The notes beneath the pieces are model-generated. The model was given only the letters and a program-made list of their open reading frames with translations. It searched no databases and was not told the DNA's origin. DNA of 64,000 nt from Piedraia hortae CBS 480.64 (taxonomy: Eukaryota): the NCBI GenBank assembly GCA_010093745.1, contig MU005962.1:62001-126000 (forward strand), written 5' to 3'. Position numbers and translations under genes: made by a program. This document shows, in pieces, positions 11,182 through 21,646 of the stretch. Numbering within the stretch: the first letter of the stretch is position 1; each line of letters opens with the position of its first letter.

Positions 11182-12005
11182 TTAGACCCAGCTCATCTTG
11201 GAGACACTTGAATCCCTAGTACTGTATTTGGTGGAATTGGAATTATCTTCATGACGTCTGGTTTTCTCCTCATAAGGACGTCCACGGGTATTACAGTCGC
11301 AGTCGTCACGAATTCTCTCTCGACCACGCGGGCTCCGACTGCGGATGCGACTAGAAGCGCGGCTACGACGACGGCGATAACTCCCATCCCGCTTGTTCGG
11401 ACTGCGGCTGCGTATACGATAACGGCGGCGGTCTTCGTTGCGGTAGCTATCGTAGAGGCTGCTTCCACGATCACGGCTGCGACTGCGGCGGTCATCTCCA
11501 TAGCGTGGGTATCGAAGAGGAGTACGTGAGCGATGGCTGGTGCGTGGCGAGCAATCACGATCACGATTGCGATTGCGATTGCGATCATCGTGTTGTCTGA
11601 AAGACGATTGAGAACGAGCCCACTATTTCTGTTGTTAGTTTGGCAATGAGACTGGGTAAACCAACCTCGATGATCAGAACTTCATCGCGACTGATGCGTT
11701 TCTCATGCATCTTATTGTACGCATATTCTGCATCGCGGTGGTCTTCATACTGCACAAAGGCGAAGCTGAGATGGGAATCAGCAGCCTGACAGAGCAATGA
11801 TTGGCGAGAGCTTACGGTCTGCTCGTAGATGATCTTGGCGCGGGAATATCACAACGAATTAGACGGCCATGTCTGTTGTGGTTATAAGTAAACGCAGAGT
11901 GAGAGGCTCACGTATCGCTCACCGCTCGAACAGAGTTGCCAGTTCATACGCACGCGTGCCACTACGAAATCCGACAACGTATAAAGTGGTCTCAGTACGA
12001 GACAT
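11182..12005 (-). CDS. SR-type splicing factor (RRM plus RS/RD-rich tail), Srp1-like, 4 exons
   Basis: MSRTETTLYVVGFRSGTRAYELATLFER|HGRLIRCDIPAPRSSTSR|PFAFVQYEDHRDAEYAYNKMHEKRISRDEVLIIE|WAR... followed by an RS-rich tail ending at TAA 11184-11182. Three GT-AG introns, the first at 11922-11873. Confidence 0.85.
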
Positions 12006-12286
12006 GGAAGACAGGGTAAAAAACAAAAGTTTGCGGGGTTGAGAAAGTTTGTGTGGTTGACAAAGAGATATACTGTGGGACAGGCGGCCGCACCCGCAAG
12101 GTCGAGGTGCCAAGACTGCACACCGTTGGAAATGGCTGCATGGAAATGACTGCATATCCACGCAAGGATGTAACAAAATGCCACGAGGCCTGCTCTATGT
12201 AAAGACCTTCCTCCCTAAATTCACCCGCCACGTCCCTGCACCGAATGACGCAAAATTCAAACCCCTATTTGCAAAATTCACAGTTT

Positions 12287-13620
12287 CTACTTTGAAAGCA
12301 GGCCCTTCAACTTTCCCCTCCAGCCCTTTCGTTCCGGCGAAGATGGTGAGCATGGCTTGTCGCCATTCTGTTGCAGAGGCTCCTGCGCATCACCATTGGC
12401 TACGGGCGCGATGGAGGGAAGCTCGGGAGCTGTTTCACAGACACCCTTGATACTCGCTCCTCCCTTTCCGCCGACAGTCACGATGAATACCTTTGGATCT
12501 CCGGCGTTAACCTTGCCGCTCTGATCCGTTCCATCTTCGGGCTGAACGTCATCATATGCAAACGCATAACCCTTGTGGTCGAGGTTGATCTCATGCAGAA
12601 CTCTACCATAGTGGTTTGTCGGGTCGCGCATGTAGAATGTCTCATGGTGCGAAGGATGGACGTTGGTCTCTAGAAGAGCAGTCCGGTGGAAAGCTGCTGC
12701 CAAGCGGGGGATGATTGCATTGCGGGTTGGGTTGGATCCCGTGGTGAATGGTCCCGAGTTGCATCCCAAGATGTCCAAAGTAGATGGCTTGCAGAAGGAT
12801 TCATCGCCAATGGTCATATCGGCGCCCTTGACGGATCCGGTCAGGACTCCTGGCCCAGCCTGAGTGTCGAGGGTAAATGTTTTGGTGGAGTAGTATTTCC
12901 ATACTTCTTCCACGTACGGCTCGTAGTATCCCGCGAAACTGGCTCCCACAGCATCGGCATGGGTGGCGTTGAGTACGCGCAATGGGCGGCCCTGGCTGTC
13001 GGGGATAATGAGTTTATCCCAGGGCTTACCGTCCTTCTGCGACTGGGCCCTCAGCCCTTCAGCAAGTTTGTCAATGCCATCAGGTGCCATGCCGAGAACT
13101 TCCTGCTTCTGGCCAGACTGTTGCTCCAGGGCAATAGCAATAGGAAGACGGGGTGTGAAGTCCACATAGCTCAAGTTGGCATACAGTTGGTCCGAATTCA
13201 ACGTGAATTCGCAAAAGCCAAAATCAACCTGGGCGTTGAGATCGGAAGGATTCAGTACAGAGGGCTCAACAAGAGCAGGGCCTGGATTAAGCAAGAATGT
13301 GAGAGGGCCAGTGGAAAGCCAGATTCTTCCGCCAGCAATCTGGGGAATCTATCACTTGGCATTAGAACACATGTTGTTAACAACGGCATGGGACGTACGT
13401 TTACATTGACCACGTTGCCAGGCTTTCCCAATGAAATGGCACAATCTTCAGTTAATGGAGAGCCAATCTTGGGGGGATCGGTGGGAAAGTAGAGATCTTT
13501 GCCATTGGCCTTGAGGATGCAGCGCTGTCCCCCATGCTGGATGGCTATGCCTGTGATATAGGCATTGATGTTGTCACTGTCGCTGTTGTTCACTAGCTGG
13601 ATTTGGAGAGATTCAGGCAT
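12287..13620 (-). CDS. Glycoside hydrolase family 64 beta-1,3-glucanase, 2 exons
   Basis: Motifs FCEFTLNSDQLYANLSYVDF, ILGCNSGPF, IIPRLAAAF, TNHYGRVLHE and GYAFAYDDV. Intron 13398-13349 joins VN|IPQIAGGRIWLS. Confidence 0.9.
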
Positions 13621-14235
13621 GGTTGCTTGTTCAAAACTGAGAAAGAGAGAGGCTTATATGCTTGCTCGTTCGCCTACTATACATGCATTCACATGGGAGG
13701 TTTTCAGCCTCGTGAGACTGACTCGGATAGTGGTTCAATGCGCGGCTACCTACGTGACACTATTGGCGCGAAAGAGGCGCGCGCAAAGATGGACCGCGTG
13801 GGCGTCTTCCCACGAAGAATTGAATTTGTTCTAGACGTTTCATGTTCCTGAGTGTGGCGTCACTTATGTGACCAACAGAATGACGCAAAGCCAACCGTGG
13901 CGGAGCGTGGAGATGATTGGATCGAGTGACGTGCACCACGTGCGATGACACGCCCAATGGCCCCACTTTACAGCTTGACATCGATCATCGCAAGTAATGC
14001 TGCAGTGCACAGGCATCACCGTTGGTAATGCTGCTCAGATAACACAGGAACCGATCTTCTGCTGGCCAGCCTAGAAAGACATCATTCTCACAGAATCCAT
14101 GGTATGATCCGTAGAGCAGCTGAGCAGCATCAATCCTATCATACAGCCTCTATCTTACACAGTCACAATCATTGCTCATCCACTGTCTCTGTGGGCTCCA
14201 ACCAGTGGCAAACGCAGATCAGGCTGGACTCAATT

Positions 14236-14837
14236 TCATATTGGATCAGCCCCCCGATCAATGTGTTCCATGCGCATGTACGCGTCGATGGCGGCACTGA
14301 AGGCACCGAATCCTAGTGCGCCAACAAGCGCAGCCCGAGGTCCGCCGCTCCTCGCCAGCCAACCTCCAGTGAAACATCCAGCAGCTACGCCATTGTACAG
14401 GTCATTCTTCGCTCTGAGACCTTCGATGCAGCACTCTGTGCCCGCGAAAACAGCTCCAATGTAGCCAAAGTTCCTGGCACTGCTCCACGCTGAGCGTCCC
14501 ATGTCCTTGAACCCATTTCTTAACTGCTCTTTAATGGGCAAATCTGCAATTGATGTGCCACCTGCCGCCCCGGGTACTCCTGCGCCAAGGGGAGTGTCGT
14601 AGCGCATCGAGGACATGAAGAGGCCAAAAACTCCGCCGAGGCCGAATCCCATGGTTCCAGAAACGACTGTCTTACCAACACACGATTCCATGGCGGTTTG
14701 CATCTGCAACAGTTAGTGATGAAAGAGGTGTGAAAACATGAACCGACAGTTTTGATCATCATTTGCTCTTGTATTTGCTGCGGATCCATATCTTGCGCCG
14801 GGCTAGGAAGGACTCCGGGCATGTTTGGGAGCGCCAT
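14236..14837 (-). CDS. TIM22: Mitochondrial inner membrane translocase Tim22, 2 exons
   Basis: [29 protein letters not shown]...[26 protein letters not shown]. Intron 14747-14704. Confidence 0.95.
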
Positions 14838-15051
14838 ATCGTCGGTGAGCTGCGTCGATGGTGAACTTTTGGATCGAGTTTGGCTAATCCCCGCAGGGAC
14901 TATCATTAGGCGAGACGTGGGCCCCGGTACCGGTTGCTGTGATAACCGTCGCGCTTACCGGAAACGGTTAGCTCTAAACAGCCCCTATTCCTGTCATGGC
15001 CAAAAATCCCAACGTGAACCGGTCGGTTCGGTGAAAGGCCAGCAAACGAGT

Positions 15052-16419
15052 ATGCCTGAGCCATTGCGCATCCGAGCCACAACATCCGCCTCGCTTACAA
15101 AGTCATCTGCGTCTTTGTCATCGCCACGACGAAACAAACAGTTTTTTGGGTTCCCCGTCCAGCCAAGCGCCTCCTCGGCGCCATCGTCGCCATTAGTGCC
15201 GCCGGAACTGGATTTCCTCACAGCAATAGCGAGACAGGAGCGGCGAGTACTGGAATTGAAGGAGGAACTGCAAAAGGCCGAAGGCGACCTCTACATCCTA
15301 AAGCGAAGATGGGCGCTGCAGGAGAACAAGCGGAAGAAAAGGGCGCTGCATCTGCATGTTCAGACTGGTAATCGGGGGCAGCAACATGTTAGAGTAGACG
15401 GAAGGAGCAAGAAGCCACAGGAAAAAAGAGATGAAGTGGAAAAGCAGAAAGCGGCGTTGCAGAACGGAAAGAGTGGCCGAACCGTGTTTCAGGGAAACAC
15501 GCGGCATATACGAGCGCTGTCGCTGCTCTCACCCACGACTCCAACCACACCGGGAGTAGCATCGGTGCCAGCGAACTCGCCGAAGAAGAATGGCAGCATC
15601 GAAGTCACTCAGCGAAACCAGCCTACTTCGGCAACATCGGCATCCTCCTCGATAATTCCTCGCGAACGGAGTTCCTACGACTCTACGGCATCCACAGACG
15701 GAGAAGGAGTCCTTGTCCGCGCCGGGAAGCAGATAGCGACCGACTTCAAGGATGGGTTTTGGACGTTCTGGGAAGATCTCAGACAAGCCACGGTGGGAGA
15801 CGAGGCTACTGTCGAGCCCTCTCCAGTTTCCAGAAGAGGCTCCAGTAGGCTGCTCCGTGGCAGCGAGAGCGGAGCTAGCGTTGCTGAAAGACCTATATCC
15901 AGGAAGGGCCAGGATAGGCCAACTCCGCCAAGACGCCGAGACAGCCTGCGGTTTCCTCCAAGAAGAGACAGCATGCGTAATGTCACTCGCCCTAATTTGG
16001 ACCCCAAGCCAAGCCTGGCTAGTGCAGCGGGTCTGGACTCTCCATTCTCATGGGTTCAGCCGAGACAAGGCATCAGCCACGCGAAGGATTCCTCGGACAG
16101 TGTGGCGAGTTGTTCTCATGACAAGAGTGAAGTCTGGGATGATCAGAGTGCCAAAAGCCGTGCTTCCAGCGCAACGAGTGAGATAATCCCGTCATGCTGG
16201 AAGCCCGTTGTTTCTGCTCGGCCACATATCTCAGAGGTTCCCGCCGAAAGACCACCAAATCCGAGAAGAAGGGAAATTCTATCGTGGCCGAACCTGAGCC
16301 AGCTGGGCCGCCGGACGGCCAGCCAGTTCATGAACGAGCTGGAGATGGGTCTGGCTCAGTCTCAAGGAGTGGAATTTAGAGATGATTACTTGACACTCAG
16401 TTCAACCCCGGAGGAATAA
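15052..16419 (+). CDS. Fungal coiled-coil protein, DUF4048-like
   Basis: Conserved-looking blocks FLTAIARQERRVLELKEELQKAE, HIRALSLLSP and GKQIATDFKDGFWTFWEDLRQATVG. Confidence 0.7.
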   Translation: MPEPLRIRATTSASLTKSSASLSSPRRNKQFFGFPVQPSASSAPSSPLVPPELDFLTAIARQERRVLELKEELQKAEGDLYILKRRWALQENKRKKRALHLHVQTGNRGQQHVRVDGRSKKPQEKRDEVEKQKAALQNGKSGRTVFQGNTRHIRALSLLSPTTPTTPGVASVPANSPKKNGSIEVTQRNQPTSATSASSSIIPRERSSYDSTASTDGEGVLVRAGKQIATDFKDGFWTFWEDLRQATVGDEATVEPSPVSRRGSSRLLRGSESGASVAERPISRKGQDRPTPPRRRDSLRFPPRRDSMRNVTRPNLDPKPSLASAAGLDSPFSWVQPRQGISHAKDSSDSVASCSHDKSEVWDDQSAKSRASSATSEIIPSCWKPVVSARPHISEVPAERPPNPRRREILSWPNLSQLGRRTASQFMNELEMGLAQSQGVEFRDDYLTLSSTPEE

Positions 16420-16454
16420 TGTGTACAATCGTTAATTTTGGGTATCTACGTAGC

Positions 16455-17651
16455 CTAACCGAAACGCTTGACTTCCGTTCCTTCTGGCGGAACAGTATCA
16501 TACTTCTTTCGACTGACCTCCTCCCAATTCGTGCTTAGACTGGTGCCATTGGATTCAGAAAACGACTTCATCATGGCGCGCTTCGTGTCGGGATCAGCAT
16601 TCTTGAACAGCTTGCGGAAAAAGATGTCTGCTGCATCCCCGCCACCGTATTCGTATGCATCTTCTTCCTCTTCTTCCTCAACTTCAGCCTTATTGTTGTC
16701 ATCTTCGCCTGGCTCCGGCTCGCGCTTGCGGAGATTCTTAGAGACCTTGTCCCAGTCCTTTGGTCCTGATTTGGCTGAGGTGGGGTACATCGGTGGCTTG
16801 TCCGCTTCCTTGGTCACATTGGAGGCATCCTGTGGTAGTGCTTCCGCGCCCTCACCTGCCTCTTTGACGCCCTCGAGACTCTTCCATTTGCGGTCCGTCT
16901 TCTTCACAAGAGTGATCTCGACCTTAGTAGACATGACTTTGAATTCTGACTGATCCGGCACAATTTCGTCAAACAGCGGGTCCATGGTGAAGTCATAGTG
17001 CGACCCTGATTCCAGAGGGAAAGACAGTTCAACAGAGTGGGCGGTGGTGCTGAACGAAACGTCCTTGGGAACGCCTCTGGCGAGGATGGTAATGTAAATC
17101 TTGCCGCCATTCTGATACCAATCATGTCGAATTTTGGCCAGCGGCGTTTGACTTATGGGAGCAGGTACTTGAGGCGTTGCCGCGACAGTCGATGTGTCCT
17201 TCCCTGGCTCCTTGACCTCCTCGTGCTTGTCGGGAATCTCCTTGATGGTGACTTTACGACGCTCGTCGCCCTCGGGCATCTTGTTTAGCATAGCTTCGGT
17301 TTGGGCCAGAACCATGCCAAGGCCCCTAAACTTTGGATTCATCTTATTAACCAAATCGAAAAGAAACTTGGCATCACCGTAGCGCTGCATCGTGTTCAAC
17401 GCACAAGCGCGTCGATACTGGGCGTTAACAATGGCTTCCTTCTTACCGCGCGCGCGAGCATGCAACACCGCTGTATCGGCATCCTCTAGCGCTTTCTCAG
17501 AGTTGCCTGCCCGAATGTAGGCAATAGAGCGCTGAATGTAATACTCTGGGGAAGTCGGCGCCGCGCGAATCGCCGACGTGAAGCAATCAATAGCTTTTGG
17601 GATGTCCTTTGCTTCTAGAGCTAATTTGCCCGCCTCTAAGTATGTTGCCAT
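16455..17651 (-). CDS. SGT1: Hsp90 co-chaperone Sgt1 (TPR-CS-SGS)
   Basis: N-terminal TPR, CS domain (IRHDWYQ...STKVEITLVK) and SGS domain (FFRKLFKNADPDTKRAMMKSFSESNGTSLSTNW). Confidence 0.95.
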   Translation of the reverse strand: MATYLEAGKLALEAKDIPKAIDCFTSAIRAAPTSPEYYIQRSIAYIRAGNSEKALEDADTAVLHARARGKKEAIVNAQYRRACALNTMQRYGDAKFLFDLVNKMNPKFRGLGMVLAQTEAMLNKMPEGDERRKVTIKEIPDKHEEVKEPGKDTSTVAATPQVPAPISQTPLAKIRHDWYQNGGKIYITILARGVPKDVSFSTTAHSVELSFPLESGSHYDFTMDPLFDEIVPDQSEFKVMSTKVEITLVKKTDRKWKSLEGVKEAGEGAEALPQDASNVTKEADKPPMYPTSAKSGPKDWDKVSKNLRKREPEPGEDDNNKAEVEEEEEEDAYEYGGGDAADIFFRKLFKNADPDTKRAMMKSFSESNGTSLSTNWEEVSRKKYDTVPPEGTEVKRFG

Positions 17652-18489
17652 TTCCAATAACAATCTGTATCAACAGTGTGCTAGTCACGTTGGTGTGTGG
17701 TAAATTTTCTGGGAAAAACGCGCTAGAAATATGCAGGGACTGCGCATCATAACGCAATTCCAGTTCGCACCTTCCCCACCATCCCCACATACCCCGCACG
17801 GTCATCTCCAGAATCCCCATCGTGGCTTGTTCAGCAAAGTCCAACAGTTCTGACAAGACTTACAAACCTTTGCGTAACCTCATTACCTGATACGCAAACA
17901 TCCGCCTGGAGTGAGGTATCTTCGATAGGCGTCATCTTTCAACCGTCGAAGATCTCGGCTGCGGAACTCTAGATTCGTCCTGTTTCAGACTTCTATAGGT
18001 TGAATATCTTGCGTAGACGTTTCATAGCGCAGGAAAACCATGGTCAAGACACTGGAAACCGTTAATTGACTGAAGACCAAAGCATCCACTGAAAGCAGTA
18101 TTGTACAGTGTTGTACACTGCTGTGTGATTTAATCTCCATGAGAGATGGTATCATTCTTGTGTGCACAGCACAACTAGGGAAGATGACCAATTCTATCAG
18201 TCATCATCGACAGCCCTCCTCGCCAAAATGTGCACAAAACAAGGCTGCTCAGCATGAAGCAACCACGCGAAAAGACGGACGCTGGTCGCTACAGAATTCC
18301 TACTGCTCTCGGCGTGTCACAGAATTCTGATTGGCCAAGTGAACAGACCGGAGTGTGCGAATAGCCACCTAAAGGAACAATATGCTTCCAGCACATAGAA
18401 TTATAGCTAGATGGCCCGGACAGAAAGAGTTGTGATCAACCTATCATGTATAGACGTAAATGAACCTAACAGAATCATTCGATAAATAA

Positions 18490-18935
18490 CTAGAACCAGT
18501 CAGGACTCTCACCCTCGAACCAGGTAGACTGGACATCCTTGTCCTTGAAAATTACGACTGGACAAATTTTCTGCCCTTGGGCCGACACGCACGCAGTTGT
18601 GCTCACCCACTCCATATTATGAGGATCAGAAACGTAAGCGCGCCTCCTCTTCGAGCTGCCCAAAAAGCGGAGTGGAGTCATTGCAACCCCCGAGAGCCAG
18701 ATCTTGCTCGTCCATGTTCCAGATGTTTCACTTTTTCGACCCGCTCAAAAAACAGTCTAATGTTCTCAAGCGTGGCCTCCTTGGCCCGAAACACCTCTAG
18801 AGATCGCCCTATGGTTGAGGAGACATCTGGGTTTCGCCTCAAGAAGCCTTGTACCCATCTCTTGCCCAGCGGCTCCAGATCTTCATTGGCATAAATGACT
18901 TTTGCAGCCATTTCCGAACTCTCGGGAATACGTGA
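18490..18935 (-). mobile_element. Degenerate pogo/Fot1-family (Tc1/mariner superfamily) transposase fragment
   Basis: CENP-B-HTH-like PLGKRWVQGFLRRNP, then after frameshifts DDE_1-like LGSSKRRR...NMEWVSTTACVSAQGQKICPVVIFKDKDVQSTWF. Confidence 0.75.
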
Positions 18936-18939
18936 TCTC

Positions 18940-19900
18940 ATGCTTTTCCATTATACGTTTCGCGACTCTCAGGCACCATTTCCGGTATTCCACGGTATTC
19001 CCGCCGATCAAACACCGAAATGCCGTGAATGTTGTAAACAAGGCCGTTACGCCGTTGCATTGAACTAATTGCACCCGGCTTTGATTTACCCCTTCAGTGT
19101 CATCGATTCCGAGAAGGGCAGGGGCGCACTTCCATTGCTCGATCTTGGGACTGCGTGGTCCACCAGATCCTATTGATGTCGCCCTCCATGTCATCGTCAA
19201 CTCCTCCAAAGAACACCTCGATATCTGATCCATCCTCGAGTTGCCCAACGAAATGCTGGGAAGCAGTATCCCTGCCTCGCTCTTCGAATTTCAGAGTGTA
19301 AAGATGGTTTTAACGCATCCTTTCGGACAATGTCAATTCCCGTGCTCTCGCGTACCGCTACTGTAATATCCACGGCTCGAACGGTATCGAGTGCAGACTG
19401 TTCATCAATATCTCGACCTCAGGTCTGGCGCGGTTCTTGCGCCTATTGGCCGCTATGAGGCCGGCATCGACATCTGGTGCATAATTATGAGCATGGTTCT
19501 TTATTGCGAACGTGAATCAGTTCTACTTGTGCAGAAACGACCTGCCAGCCTCCCAGTTGCGGCACCGAGCGATACAGGGCTCGCGACCGATCTCCTCCTG
19601 CACTTTAATCAACTTCGCGTTTTGCCAAAGGTACATTCAAAGTATGCGTTTGGAAAGCCTTCTGACTATTGCCAACAGGGTCGAATCCAGCTAGTTGCTT
19701 CCATGGACTCTTCACTGGTCTCATCTTCGTCTATCCCCACGAGTTCATCGGCGAGGGGTCCCTCTTCGGCGGCGATTTACTTTTCAACTTCTAAGTATCC
19801 CTTCAAGCTTCCTCTGTCATCTCTCTTGTCCTTGTTCCGGTGCGCTTGCCCACGCAATCAGACGGGTCCAGCATCGTATAATGCCACTGATTTTCTTTGA
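18940..19900 (-). mobile_element. Degenerate Mutator-like (MULE) transposase fragment
   Basis: Frameshifted pieces ...NHAHNYAP..., DINRIWWTTQSQ and PALLGIDDTEGVNQSRVQLVQCNGVTALFTTFTAFRCLIGGNTVEYRKWCL resemble the MULE DxTYxTN...GVT...F...Y.W.L core. Multiple stops are present. Confidence 0.65.
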
Positions 19901-20273
19901 AATAGGAGAGCACTGATTAGCGTTCCTTTTCACTCGGTCCGGCCCGACTCGCTGCTACCCCTGATCTCTTATCTCAGTTTAGTTCCTTCGATTGCGGACA
20001 TGGGCGACGCTGTATCTGCCATTGGAGGTTTGCTTTGCTCACTGTGGCCAGGAGATGCTTGCAAAATGCGGGAACTCTGCCACGCAAACATCGCTTCTCA
20101 TTGGGCCGCCCCAGCTGCCGGAGTGCCCCCTCATCATGCTTCTGCACACCATTTTACCTTGGCGTTAGATAGTTTCTTGGCGGGAGGTTCTATGCATTAG
20201 TAATCGTTATCTTCCAGTGACACTGATATCCTCGTCACTCAATTACCTCTGTTCTGCTCAGCAAGGGTCACGA

Positions 20274-21404
20274 ATGCTCACCACGAGAATGAGCTCATCA
20301 TTGCACTCGTTCATTGCAGCCTCCAAACACAATCTCCAAAAACCCCCCAATTCAGACAAGAGCAAAACAGCTTTCGTGATCGGAAACGAAAGTGCTGACC
20401 TCGACTCCATCATCAGCGCCGTCGTATACGGATTTCTTAGTCCATCTCCAACAACCCCCATTGCCAACATCCTATCCAGCGACTTGGCACTAAGACCCGA
20501 GCTTGCCGCGTTATTCAAACATGCAGACATCGAAGTGAAAGATCTAGTCACATTGGACAACCTGCACAACCTTCCCCCGCCAGGTGATACCGAATGGACT
20601 TTGGTAGACCATAATGCATTTCAAGGTTCTCTCGGAAATCGCTATTCAAAAGATGTGGTCGGGTTAATTGACCACCATGTGGACGAGGAAAAAGTTCCCA
20701 GCTCTGCCAAGCCGCGAATCATCGAGAAAGCAGGCAGCTGTACTAGTCTGGTAGTGAACTTTTGTCGACCCAACTGGGGCAAAGGTGATGCAAAGACTGC
20801 GATGATCGCTTTGGGACCGATATTGATCGATACTCATAATATGCAGTCCAAGGACAAGGTCACCGACCATGACAGGGAAGCGGTAGAGTTCCTGGAAGGG
20901 AAGTTATCGGGTCAAAACTTTGATCGCGATGCGTTCTTTGCGGAGATCAATAATGCAAAAACGAATTTGGATGGGATGGACTTGAACGGTATTCTTCGCA
21001 AAGACTACAAGCAGTGGATTGTAGGAGACTTTACGTTTGGCATCAGCTCCGTTGTCAAGCCGATCAGCTACCTCGAAACGAAAGCGGAGAAGATGATTGA
21101 AAGTATGAAGTCTTTTGCGAACGATCGAGACTTGGACATCTACGCTGTAATGACGGCTTACACGAACGTTCAGGGCGAATTTGTTCGGGAATTGCTCCTC
21201 ATATCATTGAACGATGGGAAAGCAATGGAAAAAGTCAAGAAGATTGCCGAGATGGGTTCGACAGAGCTGCAGTTGGAAGAAAGTGGCACTAAAATCGCAA
21301 ATAGTTGTGTTCCGTGGGTGCGGGTGTGGAGGCAGAAAAACGTTGAAGCCAGCCGTAAGAAAGTGGCGCCGCTCATGAGGAAAGCGTTGGGCGCGGGCTT
21401 TTAA
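20274..21404 (+). CDS. PPX1: Exopolyphosphatase (DHH/DHHA2 family)
   Basis: Motifs GNESADLDS, LVDHN, IDHH, GSCTSL, ILIDT, LRKDYKQW and ASRKKVAPL. Confidence 0.92.
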   Translation: MLTTRMSSSLHSFIAASKHNLQKPPNSDKSKTAFVIGNESADLDSIISAVVYGFLSPSPTTPIANILSSDLALRPELAALFKHADIEVKDLVTLDNLHNLPPPGDTEWTLVDHNAFQGSLGNRYSKDVVGLIDHHVDEEKVPSSAKPRIIEKAGSCTSLVVNFCRPNWGKGDAKTAMIALGPILIDTHNMQSKDKVTDHDREAVEFLEGKLSGQNFDRDAFFAEINNAKTNLDGMDLNGILRKDYKQWIVGDFTFGISSVVKPISYLETKAEKMIESMKSFANDRDLDIYAVMTAYTNVQGEFVRELLLISLNDGKAMEKVKKIAEMGSTELQLEESGTKIANSCVPWVRVWRQKNVEASRKKVAPLMRKALGAGF

Positions 21405-21646
21405 ACGGTCGCCTCACCGTTTAATCTCCCGGCCACTGGCAATTTACCCGACTGTTTTCTACCCGGTAGTCAAGTTCATCGTGGGGTAATGGCGCATCTG
21501 GTCAGAAGGATCGAGTCGCTACACTGGAATCCATGCGGGGGACCCACGTTCATTGGTTGCCACGGCCCCCATGCACAAGGCTCGTGACCCCAACTTGACT
21601 GGATGATATTCTTTACCTACACTTTCCCTTCGACATCGACTCTACA

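Noticed and set aside
11193..11588. Hydrophobic 131-aa ORF (MIAIAIAIVIVIA...)
   Set aside because: It is an alternative-frame reading of the RS-repeat exon of the SR protein.
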